A stretch of 64,000 nt of DNA, taken from positions 65,976-129,975 of the forward strand of contig JBAZMV010000005.1 of assembly GCA_041649635.1 (NCBI GenBank), read 5' to 3'. Below, piece after piece: positions 1 to 9,415 of the stretch. Under the pieces are notes generated by a model that was given only the letters and a program-made list of their open reading frames with translations, was not told where the DNA came from and did not search any database. The first letter of the stretch is position 1; each line of letters begins with the position of its first letter. A program made the translations under genes and the position numbers. Origin of the DNA: Dehalococcoidia bacterium (GTDB lineage: Bacteria; Chloroflexota; Dehalococcoidia; E44-bin15).

Positions 1-654
1 GATAAAAACCTGAGTGCTTATTTTATGGAACTCCCGACACCCACACCGACGCCAACGCCGTCCCCGACTCCTACACCTACTCCGACACCGAAGGGGCCGG
101 AAAAAGCAGGCTGTTGTGATGATAATTGCTTTATGACCTTGGAAGATTATGGTAGTTCAATGAAAATAACACTTGGTGAATGCTGGGAGGATGGCGTATT
201 TGCATATAAAGGAGAGTTCATATATGATGACGAGCCTGATAGAGGATATGACAATCTCAGAGACCCGTCGTATGACGAACTCATTGGGTTCCTTGCGGAT
301 GATAAAACCAATGAGATCCCTTATAGTGCGCCAGACTTTATGTGCTACCATTACTCAATGACAGTAAGAGAAAATGCTAATGACCAAGGTCTAAGGTGTG
401 CAGCAGTAATGGTATCCTCTGTCGTACTTGAAGTCGGAGTTTACAGAACATCTGCACACACTATAGTAGCTTTTAATACTACTGATAAAGGGATTATCTA
501 CATTGAGCCGCAGAATGATAATATATGCCAGATTAGCGAGCAATGGCAGCCTTTTCTCTGTTGCGTGGAGAATATAGAAGAATTGGATGATGCGTGTAAT
601 CCAACCAACTTTCAATTCGAACGTTATATTTTCCGTATAATCCATATTTGGTAG
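1..654 (+). CDS. Hypothetical secreted/cell-surface protein, 5'-partial. It has a Pro-Thr/Ser linker (PTPTPTPSPTPTPTPTP) followed by a Cys-rich domain with a possible transglutaminase-like (papain-fold) Cys/His/Asp signature.
   Basis: The ORF 25..654 is open in frame back to base 1, so the N-terminus probably lies upstream of the window. It is visibly AT-rich compared with the neighbouring genes. The motif LRCAAV...GV.R...AHTIVAF...GIIYIEPQND resembles the TGase core C..A...R..G...HAW.E....G...DPT. Confidence 0.35.
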   Translation, partial: DKNLSAYFMELPTPTPTPTPSPTPTPTPTPKGPEKAGCCDDNCFMTLEDYGSSMKITLGECWEDGVFAYKGEFIYDDEPDRGYDNLRDPSYDELIGFLADDKTNEIPYSAPDFMCYHYSMTVRENANDQGLRCAAVMVSSVVLEVGVYRTSAHTIVAFNTTDKGIIYIEPQNDNICQISEQWQPFLCCVENIEELDDACNPTNFQFERYIFRIIHIW

Positions 655-876
655 TCTACTGTGTTATTTATATCGGCTTGCTCTATGGCTTGTCAAGCCC
701 AATTTCTTGCAATGGAACAAAAGTCACATACAAAGCCTCCGCTTGCCATTATTATCAATTTATGTAATAAAATATAAACGAGCGGGGGGTGCGCCATGGT
801 TTTCAGTTATCTTTTCGGCCGAGGGGGTTGAGGATCGCGAGAGCGGCCCGTGTGTGCCGTGGAGGAAGTGGGTGTA

Positions 877-1302
877 ATGAACGAGGAACATGAGCTTCAG
901 TATCAGGATATACAATATTCCCGTGTGGCCGACGATCAGTGGCGGCAAGTGCTTACTACCGAGCAATACGTGGTTACCAGGCGCGGGAAAACCGAGAGAC
1001 CGTTCTCCGGCAAGTACCACGATTTCAAAGATGAGGGCGTCTATCAGTGCATTTGTTGCGGAACTGACTTGTTTAGTTCGCATGCCAAATTCGACTCGGG
1101 AACGGGCTGGCCTAGCTTCCATTCCACTATCGGCGATCGTGTTGTTGATACGCGCCCGGACAAATCGGAAGGCATGGAGAGGGTGGAGGTTCGCTGCAGA
1201 AAGTGCGGGGCGCACCTTGGACACGTGTTCGATGACGGCCCTCAGCCCACAGGCAAACGCTACTGCATCAATTCGGTGGCTTTAAAGTTCAAAGAAACAT
1301 AA
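877..1302 (+). CDS. msrB: Peptide-methionine (R)-S-oxide reductase MsrB
   Basis: SelR domain: CxxC...GTGWPSF...[21 protein letters not shown]. The start was trimmed to the MNEEHE Met inside ORF 850..1302. Confidence 0.85.
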   Translation: MNEEHELQYQDIQYSRVADDQWRQVLTTEQYVVTRRGKTERPFSGKYHDFKDEGVYQCICCGTDLFSSHAKFDSGTGWPSFHSTIGDRVVDTRPDKSEGMERVEVRCRKCGAHLGHVFDDGPQPTGKRYCINSVALKFKET

Positions 1303-1390
1303 GTAGTCGTTTCCCTGCGGAAGCTTGTCCAACGGCGCGTAACCCGCGTTAATCATTCTCGGTTTTTATTGATAACACCATTTTTCAACC

Positions 1391-1420
1391 TTGTCACCGC
1401 GTCTATTTAAGTTATATAAT
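1391..1420 (+). promoter_or_regulatory. Sigma70-like promoter candidate upstream of ilvE. TTGTCA, 18-nt spacer, TATAAT.
   Basis: ttgtca at 1391-1396 and tataat at 1415-1420, about 30 nt upstream of the ilvE RBS/start at 1453. Confidence 0.35.
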
Positions 1421-1452
1421 TAGGCGCAGTCTGCAATTGCAAGGAGTACAAA

Positions 1453-2376
1453 ATGCCTTCCTATACTTTCTTCGACGGTAAATTCACCCCGCTTGCCAAG
1501 GCGAAAGTCGGGGTCATGACTCATGCCTTCAACTACGGTACAGCCTGTTTCGAAGGCATACGCGGCAACTGGAACAAAGAGCAGGGACAGATGTATATAT
1601 TCCGCATTAAAGAACATTACAAACGGCTGCTCGATAGTTGTAAAGTTTTGAAGATAGATCTGCCGTACAGCATCGACGAAATGTGCGGTCTCAGCGTTGA
1701 GCTGGTGCGGCGCTGCGGCTGCCGCGAGGATACATATATACGCCCGATCGCTTATAAGAAGACGGAGCAGGTCGGCGTCAGGCTGCATAATCTGGAGCCC
1801 GGGTTCGCTATGTTCGCCATGCCTTTCGGGGCCTATCTGGATATAGAGAAGGGTGCGAAATGCTGCATCGCGTCGTGGCGCAGGGTGAGCAGCGATATGA
1901 TACCGATCAGGGCCAAGATAAACGGCATCTATGTCAACAGCGCCCTGGCTAAGACAGAGGCGTACGAGCGGGGTTTCGACGAGGCCATCTTTCTCACGCA
2001 TGAAGGACATGTCTGCGAGGGCAGCGGCGAGAACATCTTCTTAGTAATCGACGGCAAGCTGGTGACGCCGCCCAAGTCCGATGACATACTTGTCGGCATC
2101 ACACGTGACACGATCATGAAGCTGGCGAAGAAAGAGTTCGGCATCGATACCGTGGAGCGTTCCATCGATCCCAAAGAGATCTACACCGCTGACGAGTGCT
2201 TTATGACCGGCACGGCAGCTCATGTGACCCCCATCATCGAAGTCGAGGGGCGCAAGGTCGGCAAAGGCTCCATCGGCAAGACGACTAAAAAGCTCCAAGC
2301 TATGTATTTCGATGTAATACTTGGCAAGAACAAGAAATACATGAGCTGGTGCACCCCCGTCTACGATGGGAAGTAG
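1453..2376 (+). CDS. ilvE: Branched-chain amino acid aminotransferase
   Basis: Class IV aminotransferase signature: FEGIRGNW, ...EGSGENIF..., length 307 aa. An AGGAG RBS precedes the ATG. Confidence 0.85.
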   Translation: MPSYTFFDGKFTPLAKAKVGVMTHAFNYGTACFEGIRGNWNKEQGQMYIFRIKEHYKRLLDSCKVLKIDLPYSIDEMCGLSVELVRRCGCREDTYIRPIAYKKTEQVGVRLHNLEPGFAMFAMPFGAYLDIEKGAKCCIASWRRVSSDMIPIRAKINGIYVNSALAKTEAYERGFDEAIFLTHEGHVCEGSGENIFLVIDGKLVTPPKSDDILVGITRDTIMKLAKKEFGIDTVERSIDPKEIYTADECFMTGTAAHVTPIIEVEGRKVGKGSIGKTTKKLQAMYFDVILGKNKKYMSWCTPVYDGK

Positions 2377-2403
2377 TCGATGGCCACAAGAAGCAAAAAT
2401 CCA

Positions 2404-2452
2404 TTGACAGAAGCGCTTTGTGATTATATAGTTAATTTTGTTAATTATTAAC
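2404..2452 (+). promoter_or_regulatory. Promoter-like TTGACA/TATATA pair followed by a perfect 13-bp palindrome GTTAATtATTAAC (2440..2452). Candidate MarR autoregulatory operator.
   Basis: ttgaca at 2404-2409 and tatata around 2425-2430. The inverted repeat gttaat-t-attaac lies immediately upstream of the marR coding start. Confidence 0.35.
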
Positions 2453-2482
2453 GAAATAAACTATAAGTTTCGATCATCTATG

Positions 2483-2929
2483 ACAATGAGAGATAGCGAA
2501 TTAGATAGTATAGTCGACAACATACTTGTAGTTCTTCCTCTGTTTCGCAGGAGCTTCCGCAATATTGATTTCGATCGGGTGGCCGAAGGTCTGTCACATC
2601 CGCATATTATGGTCATGAGGATGCTTGAGGATCATGAGAGGCTGTCGGTCTCCGCTATCGGCGATAAGCAGTTCATATCCAGACCGCAGATGACTCATAT
2701 CGTCGATAAGCTGGTGAGCTTGGGTATGGTGGAAAGAATCGTCGATGAAGACGATCGTCGTGTGATTAACGTTGTGCTCACGGACAGGGGCAGAAGCGTT
2801 ATAAGACAGTGCGATACGATTATTAAAACCAGTATAAAGAAAAGCCTCGCTGTTTTAGATGACAAAGATATAGAGGAGTTGTCGTCGGCGCTGGGCAAGC
2901 TGGCCGCAATAGGCTCAAAAATAAAATAA
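2483..2929 (+). CDS. MarR family transcriptional regulator
   Basis: Winged-helix MarR signature: ...RPQMTHIVDKLVSLGMVERIVDEDDRRVINVVLTDRGRSV. The start was set at the MTMRDSE Met. The ORF-track start at 2438 (TTG) runs through the operator palindrome. Confidence 0.7.
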   Translation, partial: TMRDSELDSIVDNILVVLPLFRRSFRNIDFDRVAEGLSHPHIMVMRMLEDHERLSVSAIGDKQFISRPQMTHIVDKLVSLGMVERIVDEDDRRVINVVLTDRGRSVIRQCDTIIKTSIKKSLAVLDDKDIEELSSALGKLAAIGSKIK

Positions 2930-2941
2930 TATCGGTGTCGG

Positions 2942-4561
2942 ATGAAGAAAGCAGAAGAGAGCACCATTAATAGAGATAATAAGAGTGCGGGACATCGCGA
3001 TATGCCGAAACGGCAGGTGGTACTCACTATGGCCGGCATCATGCTGGCCATGTTCCTGTCATCGCTCGACCAGACCATAGTCGGTACGGCTATACCGCGC
3101 ATCGTCGTCGACCTCGGCGGATTCACCCAGTACACATGGGTAGTCACTGCCTACATGATAGCCGCTACCGTTACAGTGCTCATCGCCGGCAAGCTCAGCG
3201 ATATATATGGGCGCAAGTGGTTCCTCGTCGTCGGCATCGTAATCTTCCTGGCGGGCTCGGCGATGTGCGGCGCTAGCCAGGACATGGCTCAGCTCATCGG
3301 GTTCCGTGCGTTTCAGGGCATCGGCGCGGGAGCCATCATGGGGCTGGCATTCATCACTATCGGCGATCTGTTCCCTCCTTCGGAGCGCGGCAAGTACGCC
3401 GGTTTCATGTCGGCGGTGTTCGGCCTTTCATCCGTTATCGGGCCTACGCTGGGAGGCTTCATCACCGACAACCTGTCGTGGCGCTGGGTATTCTATATCA
3501 ATATCCCATTCGGCATACTGATAATACTGCTCTTCATCTTCTTCTTCCCGCATGTAAGGCCTCAGGTAACGAAACGCAGGATCGACTACGCCGGCATGCT
3601 GGCGCTGATACTCACCGTCGTGCCTCTGCTACTGGCGCTGAGCTGGGCCGGCGTCGAGTACGATTGGCTTTCGCCGCAGATTCTCGGCATGTTCGTTTTC
3701 TCGGCTTTCATGTTCCTGGCGTTCGTGATTATCGAAAGCTATGCAGCGGAGCCCATATTGCCGCTGTGGATATTCCGCAATCGGATAGTAGGTGTATCAT
3801 CCATCGTTACATTCTTTCTCGGATTCGGCATGTTCGCCTCCATTGTTTTCATCCCGTTGTATTTCCAGGGCGTGCTGGGCTCTTCGGCTACGGCCAGCGG
3901 CAGCTTCCTGACCCCGATGATGCTGGGAATGGTGGCCGGAGGTGTTATATCGGGCCAGATGCTGTCGCGCGCCGGCGGGCACTATCGCTGGCAGGGACTG
4001 TTCGGCATCGGAGTGATGGCCGCCGGGATGTATCTGCTTTCATGTATGACGACCGGTACAACTCATGCAACGGCGGTGTTCTTTATCATAATCACGGGCT
4101 TCGGGCTGGGCGTTACCATGCCGGTCTACACTATAGCGGTGCAGAACGCTGTGCCTTACAGGATAATGGGAGTGGCCACTGCAAGTAATCAGTTCTTTCG
4201 CTCCATCGGCGGCGTGCTGGGGCTGGCGGTGGCCGGATCGATACTTAATAACCGTTTCGCTTCCGAGTTTCTCGGCGGATTGCCGCAGGGTGTTGAGTCG
4301 GTCATGCCGCCGGGAAGCCTGGACTCGATAGTGGACAACCCACAGGCGCTGGTGAGCCCGGAGGCGCTGGAAGAGCTTACCAAGGCGTTTCAGTCTCTCG
4401 GCGATCAGGGGATGGCTCTACTGGATCAATTGATGACTACATTGCGAGAAGCTTTAAACTCGGGTATTACCGAGGTATTTTTCGTAGGCTTCTGCGTGGT
4501 CGGGGCAGCATTTGTCGTCAACTTCTTCATCAAAGAGATTCCGCTGCGAAAGCATCTGTGA
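2942..4561 (+). CDS. MFS transporter, DHA2 (EmrB/QacA-like, 14-TMS) drug:H+ antiporter family
   Basis: 539 aa with multiple hydrophobic segments. MFS motifs GKLSDIYGRKW and GxxxGP. It lies immediately downstream of marR, the classic MarR-efflux pair. Confidence 0.8.
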   Translation: MKKAEESTINRDNKSAGHRDMPKRQVVLTMAGIMLAMFLSSLDQTIVGTAIPRIVVDLGGFTQYTWVVTAYMIAATVTVLIAGKLSDIYGRKWFLVVGIVIFLAGSAMCGASQDMAQLIGFRAFQGIGAGAIMGLAFITIGDLFPPSERGKYAGFMSAVFGLSSVIGPTLGGFITDNLSWRWVFYINIPFGILIILLFIFFFPHVRPQVTKRRIDYAGMLALILTVVPLLLALSWAGVEYDWLSPQILGMFVFSAFMFLAFVIIESYAAEPILPLWIFRNRIVGVSSIVTFFLGFGMFASIVFIPLYFQGVLGSSATASGSFLTPMMLGMVAGGVISGQMLSRAGGHYRWQGLFGIGVMAAGMYLLSCMTTGTTHATAVFFIIITGFGLGVTMPVYTIAVQNAVPYRIMGVATASNQFFRSIGGVLGLAVAGSILNNRFASEFLGGLPQGVESVMPPGSLDSIVDNPQALVSPEALEELTKAFQSLGDQGMALLDQLMTTLREALNSGITEVFFVGFCVVGAAFVVNFFIKEIPLRKHL

Positions 4562-4597
4562 CAGTGAGGATATCGGGGGCGTCGTCGCATTACATAG

Positions 4598-5152
4598 CTA
4601 TTTTATCAGCGACAGGAACTCCGACCGCGTCACGGCGTTGGAACGGAATATCCCCCTCATCGCCGACGTTACGATGTTAGAACCAGGCTTCTTCACCCCG
4701 CGCATCGTCATGCACATGTGCTCGGCCTCGATAACTACCGCTACGCCCTGCGGCTGCAGCGCTTCGACGATCGAGTCGGCTATCTGTGTCGTGAGACGCT
4801 CCTGAAGCTGGGGCCTCTTCGCAATTATCTCCACGACGCGGCCCAGCTTTGATGCGCCAACTACGCGCCCCTTTGGTATATAACCGATGTGGGCCATACC
4901 GTAGAATGGAAGCAGGTGGTGTTCGCACATGGAATAGAACGGAATGTCTTTGAGGATGACCATCTCGTGGTGTCCCTCTTCAAAGCCGACACTGAGCACC
5001 TCCCTGGGATCCTCAGTCATGCCGCGGAAGACCTCGGCGTACATCTCGGCGATGCGCCGGGGGGTCTCCCTGATGCCTTCGCGGGATGGGTCCTCGCCGA
5101 TGGCGACCAATATATCATGAACAGCCTTTTTAATCTTATCCTGATCGATCAT
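4598..5152 (-). CDS. folE: GTP cyclohydrolase I
   Basis: ...[19 protein letters not shown]...[23 protein letters not shown]... is canonical FolE. Confidence 0.9.
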   Translation of the reverse strand: MIDQDKIKKAVHDILVAIGEDPSREGIRETPRRIAEMYAEVFRGMTEDPREVLSVGFEEGHHEMVILKDIPFYSMCEHHLLPFYGMAHIGYIPKGRVVGASKLGRVVEIIAKRPQLQERLTTQIADSIVEALQPQGVAVVIEAEHMCMTMRGVKKPGSNIVTSAMRGIFRSNAVTRSEFLSLIK

Positions 5153-5179
5153 GTCCGGTGCTCCTCGTATCGTTTCGTT

Positions 5180-5746
5180 TTACTTACTGCGCTCTATCAT
5201 CTTAATGTCGGCATTCGATGGAATGGTGTATCTATCGGCTCCCATATAGAGTACGGGCGAGACGTGGTCCAGGTCAACGGTTTCATCTTCGTTGAAGAGC
5301 GCTTTATCGAAATGAGTGGCGACTATCTCTCCAACCAACCAGATGTGGTCGCCGTACTTACGACTGTCGATTAAGCGGCATTCGTACGCGGCGTAGGCGT
5401 CACTAATTATCGGCGCAGTCGTCTTGATCGGTTCCTCCGTTTTGATATCGAACCTCTTGTACTTATCGACTTCGGCTCCGGATACGCTGCCCACCGATAC
5501 TAACAGCTCCGCCTTGTCGAATGATAAGAAATTTATGGCGAACTCCTTCGCTTTTTCGATGAGTTTGTACGTGTAGCGCTTGGGCGCCAGCGAGACGCCG
5601 AACAGCGGCGGGGTGTGTGATATCGGGGAGTGCCATGCGGCGGCCATAATCCCCTTCTTACCCTCGAACTGTGCTGTTATTACGGCTGCGTGGCTCGGGT
5701 AATGATGATAGAAATTTCCACACCCCGGTATATTGGATTTAACCAT
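5180..5746 (-). CDS. Flavin reductase-like (FMN-binding split-barrel, flavoredoxin-type) protein
   Basis: 188 aa matching the Flavin_Reduct family pattern (AAVITAQFEGKKGIMAAAWHSPISHTPPLFGVSL...). Confidence 0.6.
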   Translation of the reverse strand: MVKSNIPGCGNFYHHYPSHAAVITAQFEGKKGIMAAAWHSPISHTPPLFGVSLAPKRYTYKLIEKAKEFAINFLSFDKAELLVSVGSVSGAEVDKYKRFDIKTEEPIKTTAPIISDAYAAYECRLIDSRKYGDHIWLVGEIVATHFDKALFNEDETVDLDHVSPVLYMGADRYTIPSNADIKMIERSK

Positions 5747-6695
5747 TGAGACCTCCCGTTATCACCCTCAGCGCTGATGGTATTATACTAAAACTGGCGG
5801 GGGATTCTCCCACAACCTCCCCGTCGAGTTGCAGGAGCAACTTCCCGGATGTCTGTACATCGACACGTTTTGCTTTGTAGACGTCGACCATGGGATGGGT
5901 CGTATGTGTCCCCTTGTATAGTCTGGGGAAGTTGTACAGCAGCCTCAGTTTATTCACGTCTCTTACGGTGACTATGTCCAGCAGCCCGTCGCGGGGGTCG
6001 GCATCGGGAGTGATCTTCATTCCGCCGCCGAAGTAACGTCCGTTGTTTATTACGATTAGCAGTTGCCGCTCCTGCTTTATACGTCCGTCGATATCGAAGG
6101 CAACATTTTTAGCTTTGTATGAAGCGAATACTGTCGCGAAAGCCAGCAGGAACGGGATTGTTCCTCCCATACTCTTGAAACGCTTGGTGCGCTCGGCTAC
6201 GGCGGAAGCGAAACCGAGAGACGCTGTATTGATGTAGAATCGACTATTTCTATACGAGTCGTTCACATATTCAGCAACACCTAAGTCTGTGTCGACGCTG
6301 CTGCGTTCGGCGATTAACTGACAGGCCTTGCTCAAGTCAGCCGGGATATTCAGGCTTCTGATGCAGTCCCGGCCGGTGCCGGTGCAGATGATACCGAGCG
6401 TCGCCATGCCCTTGCCGTCGTTATTGACGATTCCGTTAACCACCTCGTTCACCGTGCCGTCGCCGCCGACCGCTACGACCGTTTCATACCCGGCGTTCAC
6501 CGCCTCTTTCGCCAGGTCGATGCCGTGCCCCGGCCCTTCCGTAAAAGAGGAGTCGAAATGGATGTCGTTTCTTTTTAGCTGCTCGCTTATTTCGGGCCAT
6601 TGACGGGCGGTTCTGCCTCCCCTGGCGGCGGGGTTAACTACTACCTTTGTGCGAGGGGTGTGAACGGCTCCGGCGTGGTGCTGCGCGTCGGCCAT
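5739..6695 (-). CDS. Diacylglycerol kinase catalytic-domain lipid kinase (YegS/DagK family), copy 1
   Basis: DAGK_cat signature [17 protein letters not shown] with C-terminal YegS-like domain. It is a tandem paralog of the upstream gene. Confidence 0.7.
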   Translation of the reverse strand: MADAQHHAGAVHTPRTKVVVNPAARGGRTARQWPEISEQLKRNDIHFDSSFTEGPGHGIDLAKEAVNAGYETVVAVGGDGTVNEVVNGIVNNDGKGMATLGIICTGTGRDCIRSLNIPADLSKACQLIAERSSVDTDLGVAEYVNDSYRNSRFYINTASLGFASAVAERTKRFKSMGGTIPFLLAFATVFASYKAKNVAFDIDGRIKQERQLLIVINNGRYFGGGMKITPDADPRDGLLDIVTVRDVNKLRLLYNFPRLYKGTHTTHPMVDVYKAKRVDVQTSGKLLLQLDGEVVGESPASFSIIPSALRVITGGLNG

Positions 6696-7696
6696 CAGGA
6701 TATTCCCGGGGTCGTTTCCATTTGGGATTTCTTCTGAGGAGAGTGTACTCTGATCGCGACCTCCAGTGCGGATGGAATCACCCGGAATACCGCCGGAGTC
6801 AGTCCGACTATCTCGCCGTCGATCTGTATGGGCAGCCTCTGCGGGGAATCGACGATGACGTTTCGCGCCTTGTGCAGTTTGATCTTCTGCGGGTCGTAGT
6901 ATGTGCCGGTAAAGAACAGCGGGAAGTTCAGCAGGGCTTCCACCTTGCTGATGTCGCCGATTACGGCTACATCCAGCAGACCGTCGTACGGCGTTGCGCC
7001 GGGGAAGGCCCTCCCGCCGCCGAGGTAGCGTCCGTTGTTGACGACGACGCTGAAGTAGCGCTCCTCCCTCTTTTCGCCGTCGATGCAGATCAATACGTCC
7101 TTGTTACGGTATTCCAGCGCCTTGGGTATGACGCCTATGGCGTAAGGTATGCCGCCGCCGAGGACCTTGAGCCTGGTGTGGGATATAGAGCCTTCGATTA
7201 CATCGGTAACGAACCCGATGCCCGCCGTGCTGATGTAGTAACGCCGTCTTACCTCGTTGTTATAGGTGCATTCCACGGCCCCGATGTCGATCTTGACCGT
7301 CTTGAAGTTCCTGAAGAGCTGGCACGCCCTCAGATAGTCCCTTGGGATGCCCAGCATGTGGGCGATATCGTTCTGCGTGCCTGCGGAGATAATACCAAGA
7401 GCAGCCCTGCATCCGCCGTTTTCATCCATCAGGCCGTTGACGACCTCGTTCACCGTTCCGTCTCCGCCCACGGCGATCACGAGATTATATCCTTTTTCAA
7501 CAGCTTCTTTGGAAAGCGCAATGCCGTGTCCCTGGCCCTGCATAAATTCATAATCGAAGGGAAGGCCTGTGGTTCTGAGCAGCGTGTTGAGAATGGGCCA
7601 CGTTTTGCCCGCGGCCCCGCCCCGCGACATCGGATTCACGATGACCTTAGCGTAATACATTGTATTACCCCAGCCCAAGGGCTTGCTCGATGGCAA
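6695..7696 (-). CDS. Diacylglycerol kinase catalytic-domain lipid kinase (YegS/DagK family), copy 2
   Basis: [17 protein letters not shown]. The architecture is collinear with copy 1. Its 3' end overlaps the start of copy 1. Confidence 0.7.
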   Translation of the reverse strand: MPSSKPLGWGNTMYYAKVIVNPMSRGGAAGKTWPILNTLLRTTGLPFDYEFMQGQGHGIALSKEAVEKGYNLVIAVGGDGTVNEVVNGLMDENGGCRAALGIISAGTQNDIAHMLGIPRDYLRACQLFRNFKTVKIDIGAVECTYNNEVRRRYYISTAGIGFVTDVIEGSISHTRLKVLGGGIPYAIGVIPKALEYRNKDVLICIDGEKREERYFSVVVNNGRYLGGGRAFPGATPYDGLLDVAVIGDISKVEALLNFPLFFTGTYYDPQKIKLHKARNVIVDSPQRLPIQIDGEIVGLTPAVFRVIPSALEVAIRVHSPQKKSQMETTPGIS

Positions 7697-8714
7697 CCAT
7701 ATCCGCCGGCACCGGTTTCGGCGGCTCGGCGCACTTGATGGCCGTGTCCGGGTCTTTAAGCCCGCTGCCTGTGATGATGGCTACCGCCGTTTTACCTTTT
7801 AAGCTCAGGCCGCCTTGCGTTGCCTTCAGCAGGCCGGCTATGGATGCCGCGGATGCCGGCTCCCCGAAAACGCCCTCCTCCTGCGCCAGGATTCGGTAGG
7901 CGGCGAGTATCTCGTCATCGGTTACTGCGTCAATTATACCACCGGAGTCATCCCTTGCGTTAGTAGCCCCCTTCCAGCTTGCGGGGTTGCCTATGCGGAT
8001 CGCGGTCGCTATCGTCTCCGGTTTTTCTACGATTTTATTCTGAACGATAGGAGCGGCCCCTGCTGCCTGGAATCCCATCATTTTTGGCTTCCTTGTCGAT
8101 TTACCGGCGTCGTAGTATTCTTTATATCCCTTCCAGTAGGCGGTGATGTTTCCGGCGTTTCCGACGGGGATGAAATGGTAATCGGGAGCGTCTCCCAGCG
8201 TGTCGATAATCTCGAACGAACCGGTCTTCTGCCCCTCGATGCGGAACGGGTTTACGGAGTTCACCAGCGTAATAGGGTGTTTCTTGCTGAGGTCCATTAC
8301 TATCTTGAGCGCCTGGTCGAAGTTCCCGTCTATCGCGAGGAGCTTAGCGCCGTATATCAGGGCCTGGGCCAGCTTGCCCAGCGCTATTTTGCCTTCCGGG
8401 ATGATGACGATTGTCTTCAATCCGAACCTGGCGCCGAAGGCAGCCGCCGATGCGCTGGTATTTCCTGTCGAAGCGCAGATGATGGCCTTGCTCTTCTCCT
8501 CGACGGCCTTGGCCACGGCCATGACCATGCCGCGGTCCTTGAACGAGCCTGTCGGGTTGCAGCCCTCAAGTTTAAAGTAGAGCTTGCAACCGAACCTCTT
8601 CTCTATCGAGCGTGAGCGCACCAGGGGGGTATCACCCTCGCCGAGGGTCAGCATGGGGGTCTTATCGCTTATCGGCAGATATTCGCGGTATCTCTCTAAA
8701 ACGCCTTGTTTCAT
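7665..8714 (-). CDS. thrC: Threonine synthase
   Basis: PLP-lysine motif FKDRGM. Typical ThrC core (PLP-dependent threonine synthase fold). 349 aa. Confidence 0.85.
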   Translation of the reverse strand: MKQGVLERYREYLPISDKTPMLTLGEGDTPLVRSRSIEKRFGCKLYFKLEGCNPTGSFKDRGMVMAVAKAVEEKSKAIICASTGNTSASAAAFGARFGLKTIVIIPEGKIALGKLAQALIYGAKLLAIDGNFDQALKIVMDLSKKHPITLVNSVNPFRIEGQKTGSFEIIDTLGDAPDYHFIPVGNAGNITAYWKGYKEYYDAGKSTRKPKMMGFQAAGAAPIVQNKIVEKPETIATAIRIGNPASWKGATNARDDSGGIIDAVTDDEILAAYRILAQEEGVFGEPASAASIAGLLKATQGGLSLKGKTAVAIITGSGLKDPDTAIKCAEPPKPVPADMVAIEQALGLG

Positions 8715-8716
8715 TT

Positions 8717-9361
8717 CTATCGTCCTATTCTTTTCAATACCACCGAGTGCGGCGGCCAGTTTACCCTCTCATCCTCTGTGTCGGAGTGTATCTTCGAGAG
8801 CGCTATGAGAAGGTCGAAATCCATGTCCTCGAATTTGCACTGCATAAATTGCCCGCCCATCAGGTCGTTCTTATCCGCCAGAGGCATCTCTCCGGAAATT
8901 TTCCTGTGTAAGATGAAGTTTACCACAAATGGCTGCGCGTCGCCTTGCAGGGCGAGGCGGATATCCCGCTCATCGCAGCCGGATATCTCGACCATCCCGG
9001 ACGGATGCTCGGGGGCTATCGACAGGATTGTGATATTTGATCTGGACTGAAGCGACGGGTCGCCGTGCGCGGAGTGCCGCGTGCGCTTGATGATTTTCGA
9101 TTGAGTCAACCCTTCATCGATGACGGACAGCTTTCCTCCTTCGAACGATTCAGGTTCTGCCTCGGGCAAATGTATGCGTATGATATCGCGTTCCTCGGTC
9201 GAATCGCCGTCCGATGCCGCAATCTTCCTGAAAAGTCGGAAGTATAACGAGTTATCCGCGCTGTCGGCGATAAAGCTCGCGAATTTATAGTCCCGGCCCT
9301 TATAGCCGAATAGTATGCGAGTGTCTTGTGGTTTGACGGATTTAATTTCGTCCATTTGCAT
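8717..9361 (-). CDS. Hypothetical protein inserted between hom and thrC
   Basis: 214-aa ORF with good coding periodicity, tightly packed with a 3-bp gap to thrC. I recognise no family. Confidence 0.45.
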   Translation of the reverse strand: MQMDEIKSVKPQDTRILFGYKGRDYKFASFIADSADNSLYFRLFRKIAASDGDSTEERDIIRIHLPEAEPESFEGGKLSVIDEGLTQSKIIKRTRHSAHGDPSLQSRSNITILSIAPEHPSGMVEISGCDERDIRLALQGDAQPFVVNFILHRKISGEMPLADKNDLMGGQFMQCKFEDMDFDLLIALSKIHSDTEDERVNWPPHSVVLKRIGR

Positions 9362-9415
9362 ACAGCCGAAGCCGGGAGTTGATAGTTCCTTGCGGGCCTC
9401 CCGATGTTCTATAGT

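Noticed and set aside
8717-9361. PilZ-domain assignment for the hom-thrC intervening protein
   Set aside because: An RxxxR motif is present (RDIIR), but no convincing D/NxSxxG second motif follows, so the assignment was dropped.
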